The notes beneath the pieces are model-generated. The model saw only the letters and a program-made list of their open reading frames with translations, made no database searches and was not told the DNA's origin. Shown here one piece after another: positions 1-12,612 of a DNA stretch of 64,000 nt. The DNA is from Octopus sinensis. Lineage: Eukaryota. The DNA is taken from assembly GCF_006345805.1 (NCBI RefSeq), contig NC_043004.1:27776001-27840000 (forward strand), in the 5' to 3' direction. A program made the position numbers and the translations under genes. Position 1 is the first letter of the stretch. Each line of letters begins with the position of its first letter.

Positions 1-379
1 ATTATATTAATTATATTTATTTTTTGTTTTTATGTTTTGGTTTATGTCTATCACTGTTTGAGTTGCCTAATAGTGGTTTTATCTCTAATTTAATTTATAT
101 ATATATATATGTATGTATGTATGTATGTATATGTATTTGTATATGGATGTTTCCAAAAGAGATTTCTAACATTGATTCTTCATACTTTGCTGGTAGTTTA
201 CAAGCATAAATTTCTGAAGATATGAAATTAATGCTTGTATATAGTGTGTGGTGAATTTATGGAAAGAAGTCCCATAAAATACATCAATTTATTGAAAAAT
301 GGGGGAGACAAATTGTTAAATTATATAAGAAGTTTAATTCTTGCCGACAATCATTTCGTACAGAGATATAATAATAATA

Positions 380-1060
380 ATAAGGCAAATTCATGATTGA
401 ATTAGATTAAATTAAATGAATTAAATATATCAATGTAATCTTCAGTGCAGGATGTATAAGCGAAAATACAATGAAAATAGCAGAAAAATTTAATCTAGGA
501 GATTAATAGTTTTATCCTTGTGAGAAAGAGATGTGAGTTATGTTTGGATATTTGATCATAACTAACGGTTATAATGGTTATCTAACAATATAAGTAAAGA
601 GGTATCAGAGATGTTCCCTGTATAGATTTGTATGGAAATAAAAAATTCTAACTTCAAATAAGTTGCATAGGGCAAAAATATGTATTAGAAATGTCCAATG
701 GAAAGACACTTCTAGGTTTGAATTGAAATATGGACTGACTGTTAAAATCATTACATAGTATGATGTATTTTTAAGAAAATTTTCAATACATAAGAATGAA
801 GTTTATTGTGAGGAGATGGTATATAAAGAGCTAATACTATATAGTTAACATAAACAAATGGTAGGAGAAATAAAGATGTAAAAAGGGTTAAAGATGGAAT
901 ATGATGTATAAAAGGGACTTATGTTTGCAGAAAAACTAATATTCGTTATTATGTATTAAATATAATGTAGAAAAATATGTAAAGACAGAAAAATAGTTAT
1001 TAATACTACCAATACAATATTACAGGCTTGGTGTGACTATAAAGATGGAAAAAGTGAAAT
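380..1060 (+). mobile_element. Highly degenerate Penelope-like reverse transcriptase remnant
   Basis: Broken frames give ENTMKIAEKFNLGD, NVQWKDTS and EYDV*KG...FAEKL. These resemble, in order, PLE RT motifs (KIA.KL.L.DR, NQWK.TS, FDVTMG...GAE). Many stops and frameshifts. Confidence 0.35.
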
Positions 1061-1409
1061 TGAAACAGGGAATAAAGATTGGAATACGAAAAAAAAAAAT
1101 GTGGGGGAGATAAATGAGCTGGGAAGTAGAAGAGTAAATATATATGTAAAAAGTTTATTTTATAGAAGTATTGATGTGTTAAGTTATATACAGTAGATGT
1201 ATTTTGCTATAAATAAAAATTTATTTTAGAGGTAATAATCTAGCTTAGTATTATGTGAGAAGGATATGTAATGGTAGTAGGGTCATAGTGGTATTCAGGT
1301 TATAAGGGTGTGGTGCCAGTTATGAATATGAAAAAAGATACGAGCAGGAGGGTGCACATAAGTGAATAAAAATTTATAGATAATATAGGAGAACAATAAT
1401 CTAATAGGG

Positions 1410-1442
1410 AGAAGAGTGTATGTATATGTGTGTGTGTATATA

Positions 1443-1486
<44 letters not shown>

Positions 1487-1706
1487 AATATGTGTATGTA
1501 TGTGTATGTATATATGTATGTGTGTATGTATATATATATATGTGTGTGTGTATTTATGTGTGTATATGTATGTGTATTTATGTGTGTATATGTATGTGTA
1601 TTTATGTGTGTATGTATATGTATGTGTATATATGTGTGTATATGTATGTATATATATGTGTGTGTATGTATATGTGTATATATATGTATGTATTTATGTA
1701 TATGTG

Positions 1707-1743
<37 letters not shown>
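1410..1743. repeat. Compound (TA)n/(TG)n/TATG microsatellite
   Basis: Directly visible; source of the spurious YIYI/CVCV ORFs. Confidence 0.95.
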
Positions 1744-1747
<4 letters not shown>

Positions 1748-1937
1748 AATACAATGATCACACGCTACACACGTTCCTTGCAAGCACTGTTGTAAACATT
1801 GAAAATGAGGTAGAATGTTAAAACTTAATGCGCATGCATAGCGGAGTCTAATGTCAATCTGTGCCAAGCTCCTTCACTCTGCGTGCTTTAGAATTGTTAC
1901 TATGGCAACTGTCCGGATACTTATTGATCAGACCTTG
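1744..1937 (-). mobile_element. Mariner left end (TIR plus 5' UTR), truncated
   Basis: Reverse complement starts TA|caaggtctgatcaataagtatccggacagttgccatagtaac, the same family as the ends at 26664 and 27417. Confidence 0.7.
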
Positions 1938-2199
1938 TATGTATAGGAATAAATGTGTGTTTTTGTGTGTGACTAGATTCCACATGTTTTCTGTGCCAAT
2001 CTCTTTATAGAGTGTATGTATGTGTGTGTGTGTAACAGGAATTGACATGTTTGAAAGAAAACTTTCAATTAGAAATTAAACTATTAATCAAGGATTGCTG
2101 ATGAAGACAAAAAGATGTTGCAGAGAATATGCTAGTGAAATTGTGTTTGTAAAAAGATTTTGGCTCAGTCTTTCAGTAAATGTACTGTATGTTACAAGA

Positions 2200-3760
2200 A
2201 ATTGCAACCAGGAATAAATCTTCAAAGTTGGTGAGATTAATCTTGGCAAAATGAAAGGTAGTCGCAGGGAGATTTTAGGGATGTGTAGTCGGTGTGGGCT
2301 GTGTAATGGAAGTGAGATGGAGTTGAACCCTCAATCAGTACCTTCACTGGCTAGGAAAATGGATATATATTCAGCATTAAAGAAGATAGAGTAGGTATAC
2401 AGTTGGCAGTGAAATGGACAGATAAAGTGCTTGCGGTGATCAGAGTATGTGGTTGAATAATTAAGTTTAGGCTAGTTGCAGGTAATACGGTAACAACTTT
2501 GAGTCTTATTGTAGTCACAATCAAGAATGATAGATAAGTAAAAATATATTTTCTATTAGCTGTTCTTGCTGGACCACAACTAATAGCTAATGGCTCCAAT
2601 GACAGATCTTTTTATTACAGCAAGTGGCTTTAATGCATTTGTTGATCAGCAATGGGGCTTTGGGTAGATTGCAAGAAAGAAGGGGCGTTTAGGCTATTGG
2701 AATTTTGTAATGCAAACTGCAACAACTTCTGAAACCATCTAGCTGTATTATCACCTGCAGCTCACAAAGCAAGCAGATTCCACCCTCATCAGGAAATGAG
2801 GCAGACTAATGAATGATTCAGAGTCAGCATTAGAGAAAGGATTTCATGGACCTAGTGGTATGTGCTAAACAGAAGGAAAGTCCCCCTGCTGAAAGTATTG
2901 CTGTGAACCACAAACTTTATCTAGGGATGGAGCAAGATTCTAACCAAAAGGAAGGGGACATGGTGGTTATTAGTGCAATGGTTGGAAGAAAGCCACAAAA
3001 GCTAAGAGACAGGGCTGAAAAACTAAGGTGCTACAAATATTCTTTGGTCACAAAAGAAACTTGATGGATATATTTAACAAGGAGACCACTTAAAACCAAA
3101 ATTTACCAATATTCCATGTCATTTGAACCAAGGGCATGAAGTGTTAGGCTATACTCTCAAATAGTTTATATGTAAAGATAATGGCACATTTACCCTCACA
3201 GACACTGCCAAGAAAGAGAACTGGAAATGCTACTATTTTTGATTGTTTAATAAGGAGAATATGTAGGAGAAAGAGAGGGAGAAAGGAACTACTCTGAAGT
3301 AGATCCAATTGAGATCCAGACATTAACAGTATTTGGCAAAGTAGGACATAATAGATTCTTCATCCAAACTCTGAAATATAGTACAAAAACAAGAAGCAAT
3401 AATAGAGGCATCAGATTGATGAATAAAGTCTTTTAGGTGCCAGAGATTTATTAGCAGAGCATATCAGGGCAAACATTAGTTTAAAGGATATGTAACTGGG
3501 GTTTGTATCAGCACTGAATAATACGAATGTCCTCTTGCTAGAGAGAGAATGTTTCTTGAAGAAAGTCTAAATTTTGTTAACCAAGAGAAGGCATTTTGCA
3601 AGATAGAATATCATGAAATCTAGTTGTCATTTAGACAATGGCATGTAGATGAATGGCTTGTGCGAGTAATATAAGCCACATGCAGAAATGTTGTTATAAA
3701 AATGCGATTTAGCAATATTAAAAATGTAGAAAGCAGGTGTCCAAAAGGGCTTTGATCTGA
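2200..3760 (+). mobile_element. Degenerate RTE-clade LINE: APE endonuclease and start of RT
   Basis: Fragments FKVGEINLGKMKG, EGAFRLLEFCNAN, ITCSSQSKQI (APE domain) and NQEKAF..., VDEWLVRVI*ATCRN (RTE RT). Confidence 0.75.
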
Positions 3761-3920
3761 GCCATCTCTACTATAGTAGATTTCCACCTATGAAGAATAT
3801 TTAAGAATTGTGGGTTTTTTTCTTAAGATAATCAGTACTGTGTTATTGAAATTAATAACAATGAATTTATTTAATATATATCCCACATATACTAATCATT
3901 TTTTTTGTTTTTTTTTTCAG

Positions 3921-3960
3921 GAAATTATGAAAAGAAAAGTGAAATGTCCAATGAAACCAA
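3921..3960 (+). CDS. Candidate small upstream coding exon of the PLXDC-like gene
   Basis: Strong acceptor (T-run then CAG at 3920) and a GTAAAT donor at 3961; alternative GTGAAA donor at 3939. Reading frame ambiguous (see findings). Confidence 0.35.
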
Positions 3961-4020
3961 GTAAATATTTTAAATTCTATATTTCTTTTATTACACTGAA
4001 TGCAAAATGTTAAATTATCA

Positions 4021-4385
4021 ATATATATAATTTGCTTTTATAGGCACAGGTGTGGCTGTGTGGTAAGAAGTTGACTTCTAAACCACATGGTTCTGGGTTC
4101 AGTCCCACTGTGTAGCACCTTGGACAAGAGTCTTCTACTATAGCCTTGGGCTAACCAAAGCTTTCTGAGTGGATTTGGTAGATTGAAAGATATATGTATA
4201 TCAATGTATGTATCTTTGCATCTGTGTTTGTTCCCCACTGCTACTTGACAACTGGTGTTTGTCTCTGTAACTTAGCAGTCCAAGAAAAGAACTAGACTTC
4301 AAAAAATAATTAATCCTGGGATCGGTTCATTCAACTAAAAACTTCCGAGGCAATGTCCCAGAATGAATGCAGTGAAGCAAAAGAT
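4021..4385 (+). mobile_element. tRNA-derived SINE, family A, old decayed copy
   Basis: gtggctgtgtggtaagaag head, gtggatttggtag core and tail; aligns by eye to 38262-38660. Confidence 0.7.
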
Positions 4386-4760
4386 AAAACATAAAAGATT
4401 TAAGACAAGTTCTAGAGTGTAATCTCATATTTAGGGTGCTAACAGAAGCACAATTCTATAAAACTAGTAATTCTTTCTAATGCTTGCTTCACTTAGCATC
4501 TCCATTCTCTCCTACTATTTTGATCCCCATCCATCAACATTTAGAATGGAAAGAGATTTCATTTTTTTTTCTTTTAAACTTTCTTTACTATTTTCTTTGC
4601 TTTGCTATATGCATGGATACTTTTCCATTGTTGGGAAATTAGCTTTTGTGCTTTCATTCTCTTGATATTTGTTTACCAAATATTTCTACAGTTAAAGAGG
4701 AAACTGCATTTAGATTGCCACACTTGTAAAATATCAGGCAAGCATTCAATCTAAAGGCTT

Positions 4761-5025
4761 CAGTATAAATCCACTTGACGACCATGTGGCCAGTGGTTTC
4801 AATATAGATTCACTTGATGACTATGTGGTCTCTGATTTCAATACAGTCAGTGACCACATGGTCAGTGATTTCAGTAAAAACTTACTTGACCATATTTTCA
4901 GTGGTTTCGAGATAGACCCACTTGATGAGTATGTGGTCAGTGATTTCAGTTATCATTGACCACCTGGTCAGTAGTTTCAATATAAAGTCACTTGATGTCC
5001 ACATGGTCTGTGGACATCAGTGTCA
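4761..5025. repeat. Degenerate minisatellite, about 7 units of ~31-40 bp
   Basis: Recurrent motif (c)acttga(t)gac..tgtggtcagtg(a/g)tttc. Confidence 0.7.
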
Positions 5026-5664
5026 GTTTAATGTTCCTTTTGTTAGTGACCCAATTATCTCAACTTACCATTATTGTGTTTCAATCCATTCCTGAATTAA
5101 TATTCTTCTCTCATAATTAAATTATGCCTTGAAGATATCTAATTAACTTACAAACACTCCAAACTGTAGTGAAGAAGTTGTTCCTTTTTAATTTGATAAA
5201 ATACAACTCCTTTAGTTTTATTTTTTGTCCCTTAATGAGGAATTTTAAGCTATTATTAAAATTGAAACTCTCTGTTTACTTGTTAAAGTCAAGAGTAACT
5301 TTTGAATTTTATTTGTGTTTATTGCATCTGATTTCATATTCAATGTTTACTAGGTTTAATTAAAATTCTGTAAGTCTCCATTTTAATGAAACACTACACA
5401 ATTACTGTTATGGATTGCAGTAAACAAACTTACTGTAATCCTGAATGCACATTCAACTGTTTAGGTAATGATGCTAGCACAATAACAAAACCACTTTCTG
5501 CTTGTTTTACTCAAAATTTTCCTAACTGAAGTGCAAGATAACAAACATAAATTGGGAAAATTCTCAAAAATAAAATGAATAACAAATATAATTCTGTGTA
5601 TTTCTATATATTTGTAGTTTATGCAGTTTTGTTTTTTACTCTTAGTAGTTAAAATAAAGTAGAA

Positions 5665-6028
5665 TCTCTCTATATATAAACGGCAAAATGTCTGTGTGTG
5701 TGTCCTTTATACAAATCCACAATTTTTCAGTTAGAGGGCTCACACTTTCTATGGTCATTCAAAACCATCCAAAGGTGGTCGTGCACATCTTTACATTTCC
5801 CCAGTCACCCCACAAAGCCATTAAAAAATCAATAGAAGTGACTTTTTTGTGAATTTTCTATTCAAAACCCAATCAAAATGCCCGAAACTTGATACGCCAA
5901 TTGAATGCCAGCTAACTGTATGTGATTGGTCAGAGATTTGGACAGTACTCGTGTGTATGTGTACACTCATGCAGCTGTATATGCATGCACTAGCACTATG
6001 ACCCGGCGTTGCCAGGTGATAGTGCTAG
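5665..6028 (+). mobile_element. Non-autonomous Helitron (~364 bp)
   Basis: 5' A|TC start (tctctctatatataaacggc), 3' GC-rich imperfect hairpin acccggcgttgccaggt then CTAG|T; A/T target without TSD. Confidence 0.75.
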
Positions 6029-6289
6029 TTTCTGAACAAATTACTTATTTACAAGGTTTTGGAGAGATTTTTTTTACCTCCCTTAACTATACTTGACAAA
6101 GTCATTTTCTTTTCTAATGTGTTTTATATAACTTTTTACACTCATCATCCTCCTCATCATAACAATTTTTCAATGCTGGTTCATTATAGCTATGCTCTGG
6201 ATCTCAGCTTATTTACAAGAAAGGAAATACTATTTTCTCTTATGAAGTTATGTTTTAAATACTGCATCCTTCCTTGCCACTCTTCACCT

Positions 6290-6640
6290 CTTTGTTTTAA
6301 CTTTTTTGAGAAAGCACTATTTTATGTACCATCTTTTTCACTCATAGGGCTATTTTATGTACCATCTTTTTCACTCATAGGGCTATGGTCATGCTGGGGT
6401 ACCACCTTGAAGGATGAATTGGCTTCACTACTTACTTTTCAATCGTAGAACTTTTGTCAGTCTGTTTTGCCAAACAGATAAGTGAAGTATTGTATGTGTT
6501 GAGATACACATACAAATAAAAATGCATGCACATAGATATATACATGTATATGTGGTGTTTATTATTTCAATTTTTATCAGTTAGATCTACATTCTAGTGT
6601 TTGGGGATAATGAAAAAGACACTTAACCAAGGTGCCAAGC
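6290..6640 (-). mobile_element. SINE family A, old copy with a 33-bp internal tandem duplication (6317-6382)
   Basis: Reverse-strand tail motifs (caccttgaagg, tttgccaaac, ccaaggtgcc); exact duplicate of ctattttatgtaccatctttttcactcataggg. Confidence 0.5.
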
Positions 6641-6779
6641 AGTAGGTGTGTATATATGTGTGTGTGTATATATATATGTGTGTGTGTGTATGTATACATA
6701 TGTGAGTATGTATATATGTGTTTATGTATATGTGTGTAAGTATATATATATATATATATGTGTGTGTGTATATATCAAC

Positions 6780-7150
6780 ATCATCATCGTTTAATGTCTG
6801 CTTTCCATGCTGGCATGGGTTGGACAGTTTGACTGGGTACTGGTAAGCCAGATGGTTGCACCAGGCTCCAATCTCATCTGGCAGAGTTTCTACAGGTGGA
6901 TGCCATTCCTAACACCAACCACTCCAAGAGTGTAGTGGGTGCTTTTACATACCTCAGTCACGAGGGCCAGTCAGGCAGTACTGGCAACGACCACGCTCAA
7001 ATGGTGTTTTTATGTGTCACCTGCACAGGAGCCAGTCCAGCAGCACTGGCAGCGACCTCGCTCGAATGTTGTTTTTCACGTACCACAGGCACAAGTACCA
7101 GCAAGGCGACGCTGGTAACAATCATGCTCGAATGGTGCATTTTACGTGCC
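6780..7150 (-). mobile_element. RTE LINE 3' UTR fragment (5'-truncated)
   Basis: Reverse complement of the 10160-10535 3' UTR, including the (gat)n tail and the ~60-bp repeats. Confidence 0.75.
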
Positions 7151-7450
7151 ATTTTACATATAAAAGGATTGTGACACTAATTTTCCAGTGATTTTACCAT
7201 AGACATTAGCTTTTACACAGTCGTTATGGTGAGTGTAGCAAGCATTTATCAGTGCACTGATTTCGTTTACTACCCAGTGGCATTTTAGAATATTATTGGC
7301 CATATCCAATGGGATTGTGCGTCAGTTATTGATGACTTGATGTATAATAGTGAATGCACCATTGAAAAGTTTGTGTTGATATATTCAGAAATGTGTGTGG
7401 CTATATCTGGGTGTGTGTGAGAGAGTTCAGTGTATTTAATACAATCAGAA

Positions 7451-7868
7451 TAAGGCGGTGAGCTAGCAGAAACGTTAGCACACCGGGCGAAATGCTTAGC
7501 GGTATTTCGTCTGCCATTACGTTCTGAGCTCCAATTCCTCCGAGGTCGACTTTGCCTTTCATCCTTTCAGGGTCGATAAATTAAGTACCAGTTACACACT
7601 GGGGTAGATATAATCGACTTAATCCGTCTGTCTGTCCTTGTTTGCCTCCTCTGTGTTTAGCCCCTTGTGGCTAGTAAAGAAATAGGTATTTCATCTTCTG
7701 TTACGTTCTGAGTTCAAATTCCACCGAGTTCAACTTTGCCTTTCATCCTTTCGGGGTCGATAAATTAAGTGCCAGTTATGCACTGGGGTCAGTGTAATCG
7801 ACTTAATCCATTTGTCTGTCCTTGTTTGTCCCCTCTGTGTTTAGCCCCTTGTGGGCAATAAAGAAGTA
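7451..7868 (+). mobile_element. SINE family B tandem dimer (full copy plus directly appended 5'-truncated copy)
   Basis: Head aaggcggtgagctagcagaaacgttagc; core gaggtcgactttgcctttcatcctttc..ggtcgataaattaagtaccag, which from memory resembles the Deu/Nin central domain. The core occurs twice; the second unit starts ~7684. Confidence 0.85.
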
Positions 7869-8139
7869 AGAATGAGCAGTGTGTTTAATAGAAATCAAGA
7901 GAAAATAATTGTACTCACGGGACTAGTTTTAGAACTAATCTTAGGTTTAGTTTTGGTTTATATTTGTTTCTCCAAGTTGTGTATAAATTTGTGTAAATTT
8001 ATCTTCCGATGATAGTAAAATAGTTGAATCCAAGAGTTCTGGGACTAAAAACAAGGAAAGTTACTGCTGTTTTCAGTTGAAATCTGTTTCTTTGGCCTGA
8101 ACTATGAAAAGTACGTCTTGTCACGACGAATGCCCAAAT

Positions 8140-8276
8140 TAATATATATAGTGGTTCGGCAAAAGAGACCGATAGAATAAGTACTGGGCTTACAAAAGAA
8201 TAAGTCCCGGGGTCAATTTGCTCGACGAAAGGCGGTGCTCCAGCATGGCCGCAGTCAAATGACTGAAACAAGTAAA

Positions 8277-8280
<4 letters not shown>
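8140..8280 (+). mobile_element. SINE family A 3' tail
   Basis: ggttcggcaaaagagaccgatagaataagtactggg...aaatgactgaaacaagtaaaaga, near-identical to the tails at 38530-38655 and 48825-48960. Confidence 0.75.
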
Positions 8281-8315
<35 letters not shown>

Positions 8316-8455
8316 TACACATATAGATATGCATATATACATATATATATTTCTAATATAGGATAAAATTTTTTGAAAAAAATTCTATCAATAGTGATTT
8401 AGTGTTTGCTTCTTCCATGGGTGCAAGTAAGTATTTCACTTATTTCTTTACCTCA

Positions 8456-8512
8456 TTTATCACTGATGAAAGGAAGGTTCTTATGAACTAACTCTGAAAT
8501 TCGGTCCGATAT
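8456..8512 (+). ncRNA. Possible decayed type I hammerhead ribozyme motif
   Basis: tatca CTGATGA aaggaaggtt-cttatg-aactaactct GAAA ttcg GTC cgata. Core boxes are in order; stems are only partly paired. Confidence 0.3.
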
Positions 8513-8680
8513 GGTAATAACGGGATTTTTTTAGAAATTTCTGTTGGCTTTCTTGGAAACACGTACTTATAATGGTTATTGACGTTTTGTCTATTTTCGG
8601 CATACTTTAGCATTAGAAATTTTTTATTTTGCCCTTACTTATAAATTGTGTGTGTATATATATATATATATATATGTATG

Positions 8681-8721
<41 letters not shown>

Positions 8722-8725
8722 GTAT

Positions 8726-8767
<42 letters not shown>

Positions 8768-8779
8768 GTATGTATACAC

Positions 8780-8940
8780 TCACGAAGTGGTTGGCGTTAG
8801 GAAGGGCATCCAGCCGTAGAAACACTGCCAGATTTGACTGGGCCTGATGAAGCCTTCTGGCTTCACAGACCCCAGTAGAACCGTCCAACCCATGCTAGCA
8901 TGGAAAACGGACGCTAAACGATGATGATGATGATGATGAT
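8780..8940 (+). mobile_element. RTE LINE extreme 3' end
   Basis: gagtggttggcgttaggaagggcatccagccgtagaaac...ccgtccaacccatgctagcatgga..(gat)n, matching 10390-10535. Confidence 0.75.
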
Positions 8941-9275
8941 GTATATATATATATATACATACATATAGAAAATATACATAGGGTAGGAAAATTAGAGAAA
9001 TTTTCTACCAGTAGCTAGCATGCATAAAAGAGTAAGTAGACAACAAACTTTTCATATAAAATTACTGTACATTTGTACACAAGAGGTGACCCTAACAGGA
9101 CACTCTACATGCTAAAAGGAGCAGTCAAAGCCCAAACCACGGTTAAGAGTAATTTTGAAAGAGATGATAAATAAAAACATTTTCAATAGTTACCACATGT
9201 ACCTAGGTTTTGAACATCAATGAACAAATAAAAAAATTTCCCATTTGCCATATATATATACATATATATATATAT

Positions 9276-9306
<31 letters not shown>

Positions 9307-9312
9307 CACATC

Positions 9313-9363
<51 letters not shown>

Positions 9364-9369
<6 letters not shown>

Positions 9370-10537
9370 ACTGAAAATGCTCAGAGACCAACTTCCACCA
9401 CATTCCAGGGGGAAAAACTAGAAGTAGTTGATAGCTTCCATTACCTAGGTCACCAAGTCAGCAGCAGGGGCGGGTGTGCTGAAAGTGTAACTGCTAGAGT
9501 AAGAATAGCCTGGGCAAAGTTCAGAGAGCTCTTACCTCTGCTGGTGACAAAAGGCCTCTCGCTCAGAATAAAATGCACACTGTATGACACATGTGTACGA
9601 ACAGCCATGCTACATGGCAGTGAAACATGGGCCATGACTGCTGAGGATATGCGTAAGCTCGCAAGAAATGAAGCCAGTATGCTCCGATGGATGTGTAATG
9701 TCAGTGTTCATACTCAACAGAATGTAAGTACCTTGAGAGAAAAGTTGGACCTAAGAAGCATCAGTTGTGGTGTGCAAGGGAGACGTTTGCGCTGATATGG
9801 TCATGTAGCGAGAATGGATGAAGATAGTTGTATGAAAAAGTACCACACCCTGGTGGTTGAGGGAACCTGTGGAAGAGGTAGACCCAGGAAAACCTGGGAC
9901 GAGGTGGTGAAGAACGACCTTCAAACTTTAGGTCTCACCGAGGAAATGACCAGAGACCGAGACCTTTGGAAGTATGCTGTGCATGGGAAGACCCGGCAGG
10001 ACAAGTGAGACCATAACCCGTGGCCTCTACCTGGGACGTAGCCAGCCCACTTATGCATACCTTTCCTTCTTGTGACACAAACCCTACTTGTGAAGACCTG
10101 TTGAGGCAAGTGAAAATCGAAATCGAAATCTTTCAACATCAATGGAAAGTGTAGCTGAGATACCAGTGCCGGTGGCACGTAAGAGAACCATCCGAACGTG
10201 GCCATTGTCAGCGCCGCCCCGACTGGCCTCCGTGCCGGTGGCACATAAAAAGCACCATCTGATTGTGGCCGTTGCCAGTCTTGTCTGGCTCCTGTGCCGG
10301 TGGCACGTAAAAAGCACCATCCGATCGTGGCTGTTTGCCAGCCTCATCTGGCACCTGTGCAGGTAGCACATAAAAAGCACCCACTACACTCTCGGAGTGG
10401 TTGGCATTAGGAAGGGCATCCAGCTGTAGAAACACTGCCAGATCAGACTGGGCCTGGCGCAGCCTTCTGGCTTCCCAGACCCCAGTTGAACCGTCCAACC
10501 TATGCTAGCATGGAAAACGGACGTTAAATGATGATAA
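9364..10537 (+). mobile_element. RTE-clade LINE 3' portion (RT C-terminus plus full 3' UTR)
   Basis: [70 protein letters not shown]; one in-frame stop; (gat)n tail. Confidence 0.92.
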
Positions 10538-10744
10538 TAAATGCCAAGTGCAACAGCTTGTTAATACTTCAGTTGTAGTTGCCTGACTAAAAAAATAGTA
10601 TATGTGATGTGCATTTCATCTAGTTAAATTCTGTTCCTAATTAATTGCACTATAGCTCTCTCTGCAACTTTCATCACCTGGTCCAGCAATTTGATGCCTC
10701 TATGATTACTTCCATTTCAGGTGTCTCCCTTAACCTTGTAGCTA

Positions 10745-11400
10745 ACTATGATGCTGCTTCACCATGATTAACTATTCAGGTGACTCCTGATGAACCAGGA
10801 GCCCTCCCTATCTTCATATCTTTAATTGCCTTATCTATCATGCTGCTGTCAACTAGGATAGCTGGTCCTTCCGTTGGGTCCACATGAGGAAGACACCCTT
10901 TTTCCCAATCACACTCTGCATTTGATAGTCTTTCATAGTAGTCCTTCCACATCTCTTTGTTTTCATGATCACTAAGTGCAAGCCTATCATCATGTCTATT
11001 CACACTTCTCTCCCACAATATCTTGATGCTCTCTAATACACTGTCTGGCGAGCCAGAACACTTTAAGTCACTGATCTTCACACTGTAAGACATTGGCAAA
11101 CTTCTTCTTTTCTACTTTTAGCTATCTGATATGGTTCTTTCCTACCCCAACTCTTCCAGTCCTTTCCAAGCCCATCTCTTCTCTTTTATACCTCTGTCGA
11201 CCTCACTGTTCCACCACTATGCCACCCTTGGTCTGGTGGAAGCTTTACTCCAACCACAGATTTGGTCTGTTGCCCTCATTAGATTGTCCCACAAGAACTT
11301 CCTGCTGTCCCCTTTGTATGTCTCTATATCTACCTCCTCATCAAGGGCTTCTTAAGGACATCTCTAAACCCATATGAAGGATCCTAGAGTTTCCATAGCC
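10745..11400 (-). mobile_element. RTE LINE internal fragment (EN-RT linker)
   Basis: ATDQICGWSK..RPRVAWWWNSEV..EMWKDYYERLSNAE..KAIKDMKIGRAPGSSGVT. Confidence 0.8.
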
Positions 11401-12493
11401 TCCTCTTCTATATTTGGTTTGAGTCTCAGCATCTTTCTAGCTTCAAGTCCAAAGTCACTATATTTATTTCAATATGGATACAGGCATACCTGAGTTATAC
11501 GAAGATTGCTTCCCAATTGCATGTTCTCTGGTTCAGTCTCATTAGTGGCACCTTGGGCAAGAGCCTCCAATTATAGCTCTGGGCTGACTAAAATATATAT
11601 ATATATATATTGATTAATTATTTTATTATTCTAGTTTATTTTTAACTTGATAAGTGGCTATATTTATATTGAAGTGATTTTACTACTACTATTAATTTTT
11701 TTGCTATAATCATTTCTTATATATAGCCATGAAATATGTGTCGTTATTCTACCAATTCTATACGTTTTTATTATTTTTTTGCAATTTACTTAATCATTGG
11801 TATTTTATTGTTATTTTAATTTTAATATTTCTGTTATATGTAATTTTCTGGATGGTGTAATTTAATTGTTCATTTTGAATTGATAAAAGGTGGTTTTTTT
11901 CAAATTTTTTTTATATATATGTATTATATTTTGTGAAATTTGATTTAGTATTTCTAAATTGAATTTTTTTCCCTGTAAGTTTGGATTAATATTCCCTCAA
12001 ATAATTATATATATATAATTTTATGAGTGTGTTACTGACTCCTTGCCTTGCCATCATTTAAATGAATGTGACTAACATGCAAGATGTGTCCTTCATTCTC
12101 AGTCTTCTCTGAAAATGTGTCTGGTCATGAGAAATATTACCTTATTTGGAAATAGGTGAAGGCTGGTAACAAGAAGAGAAACTGGCTTTAGAAAATCTGC
12201 CTCAATAAGTTATGTGTGTTAAGTTATGGGAAAGTTATGTGTTTGTGCATGTTAGTATGTATGTACATGTTATGCGTGTTAATAAGTATATATTAACATG
12301 TTGGTGTTTATTCTATGTATTACATATATGTCTGCATATGTTGTATGTGTATGTATATTTATATTTGCATATATACACAAGCATGTGTACATGTACCATG
12401 CACACACACACAAACACAATTAATTAGCTGATCTTTTATTATGCATTTCATTCTAGAATTAATTATTTTCCTTTTTCTTTTCTTTTATTCTAG

Positions 12494-12612
12494 TTCCAGT
12501 AGCAGCAATTATTGCTGTTGTTATAGTTTTAATTTTGTGTATTGCTTTGGGAGCTTGGTGTTACTATGGTTACAGTCACCCAACATCGCAGCTTGGAATG
12601 TGGCTAATGGAG
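12494..12612 (+). CDS. PLXDC: Transmembrane exon of a plexin domain-containing protein (PLXDC1/2, TEM7-like)
   Basis: Polypyrimidine tract and TAG acceptor at 12493; GTAGGT donor at 12613; phase 1 to 0. Encodes PVAAIIAVVIVLILCIALGAWCYYGYSHPTSQLGMWLME, a TM helix followed by the Y..HPTS...E motif recalled from vertebrate PLXDC (YMYHHPTSAASIFFIE). Confidence 0.85.

Noticed and set aside
160-192. Possible PLXDC exon ISNIDSSYFA
   Set aside because: Poor polypyrimidine tract and weak donor; no recognisable homology.
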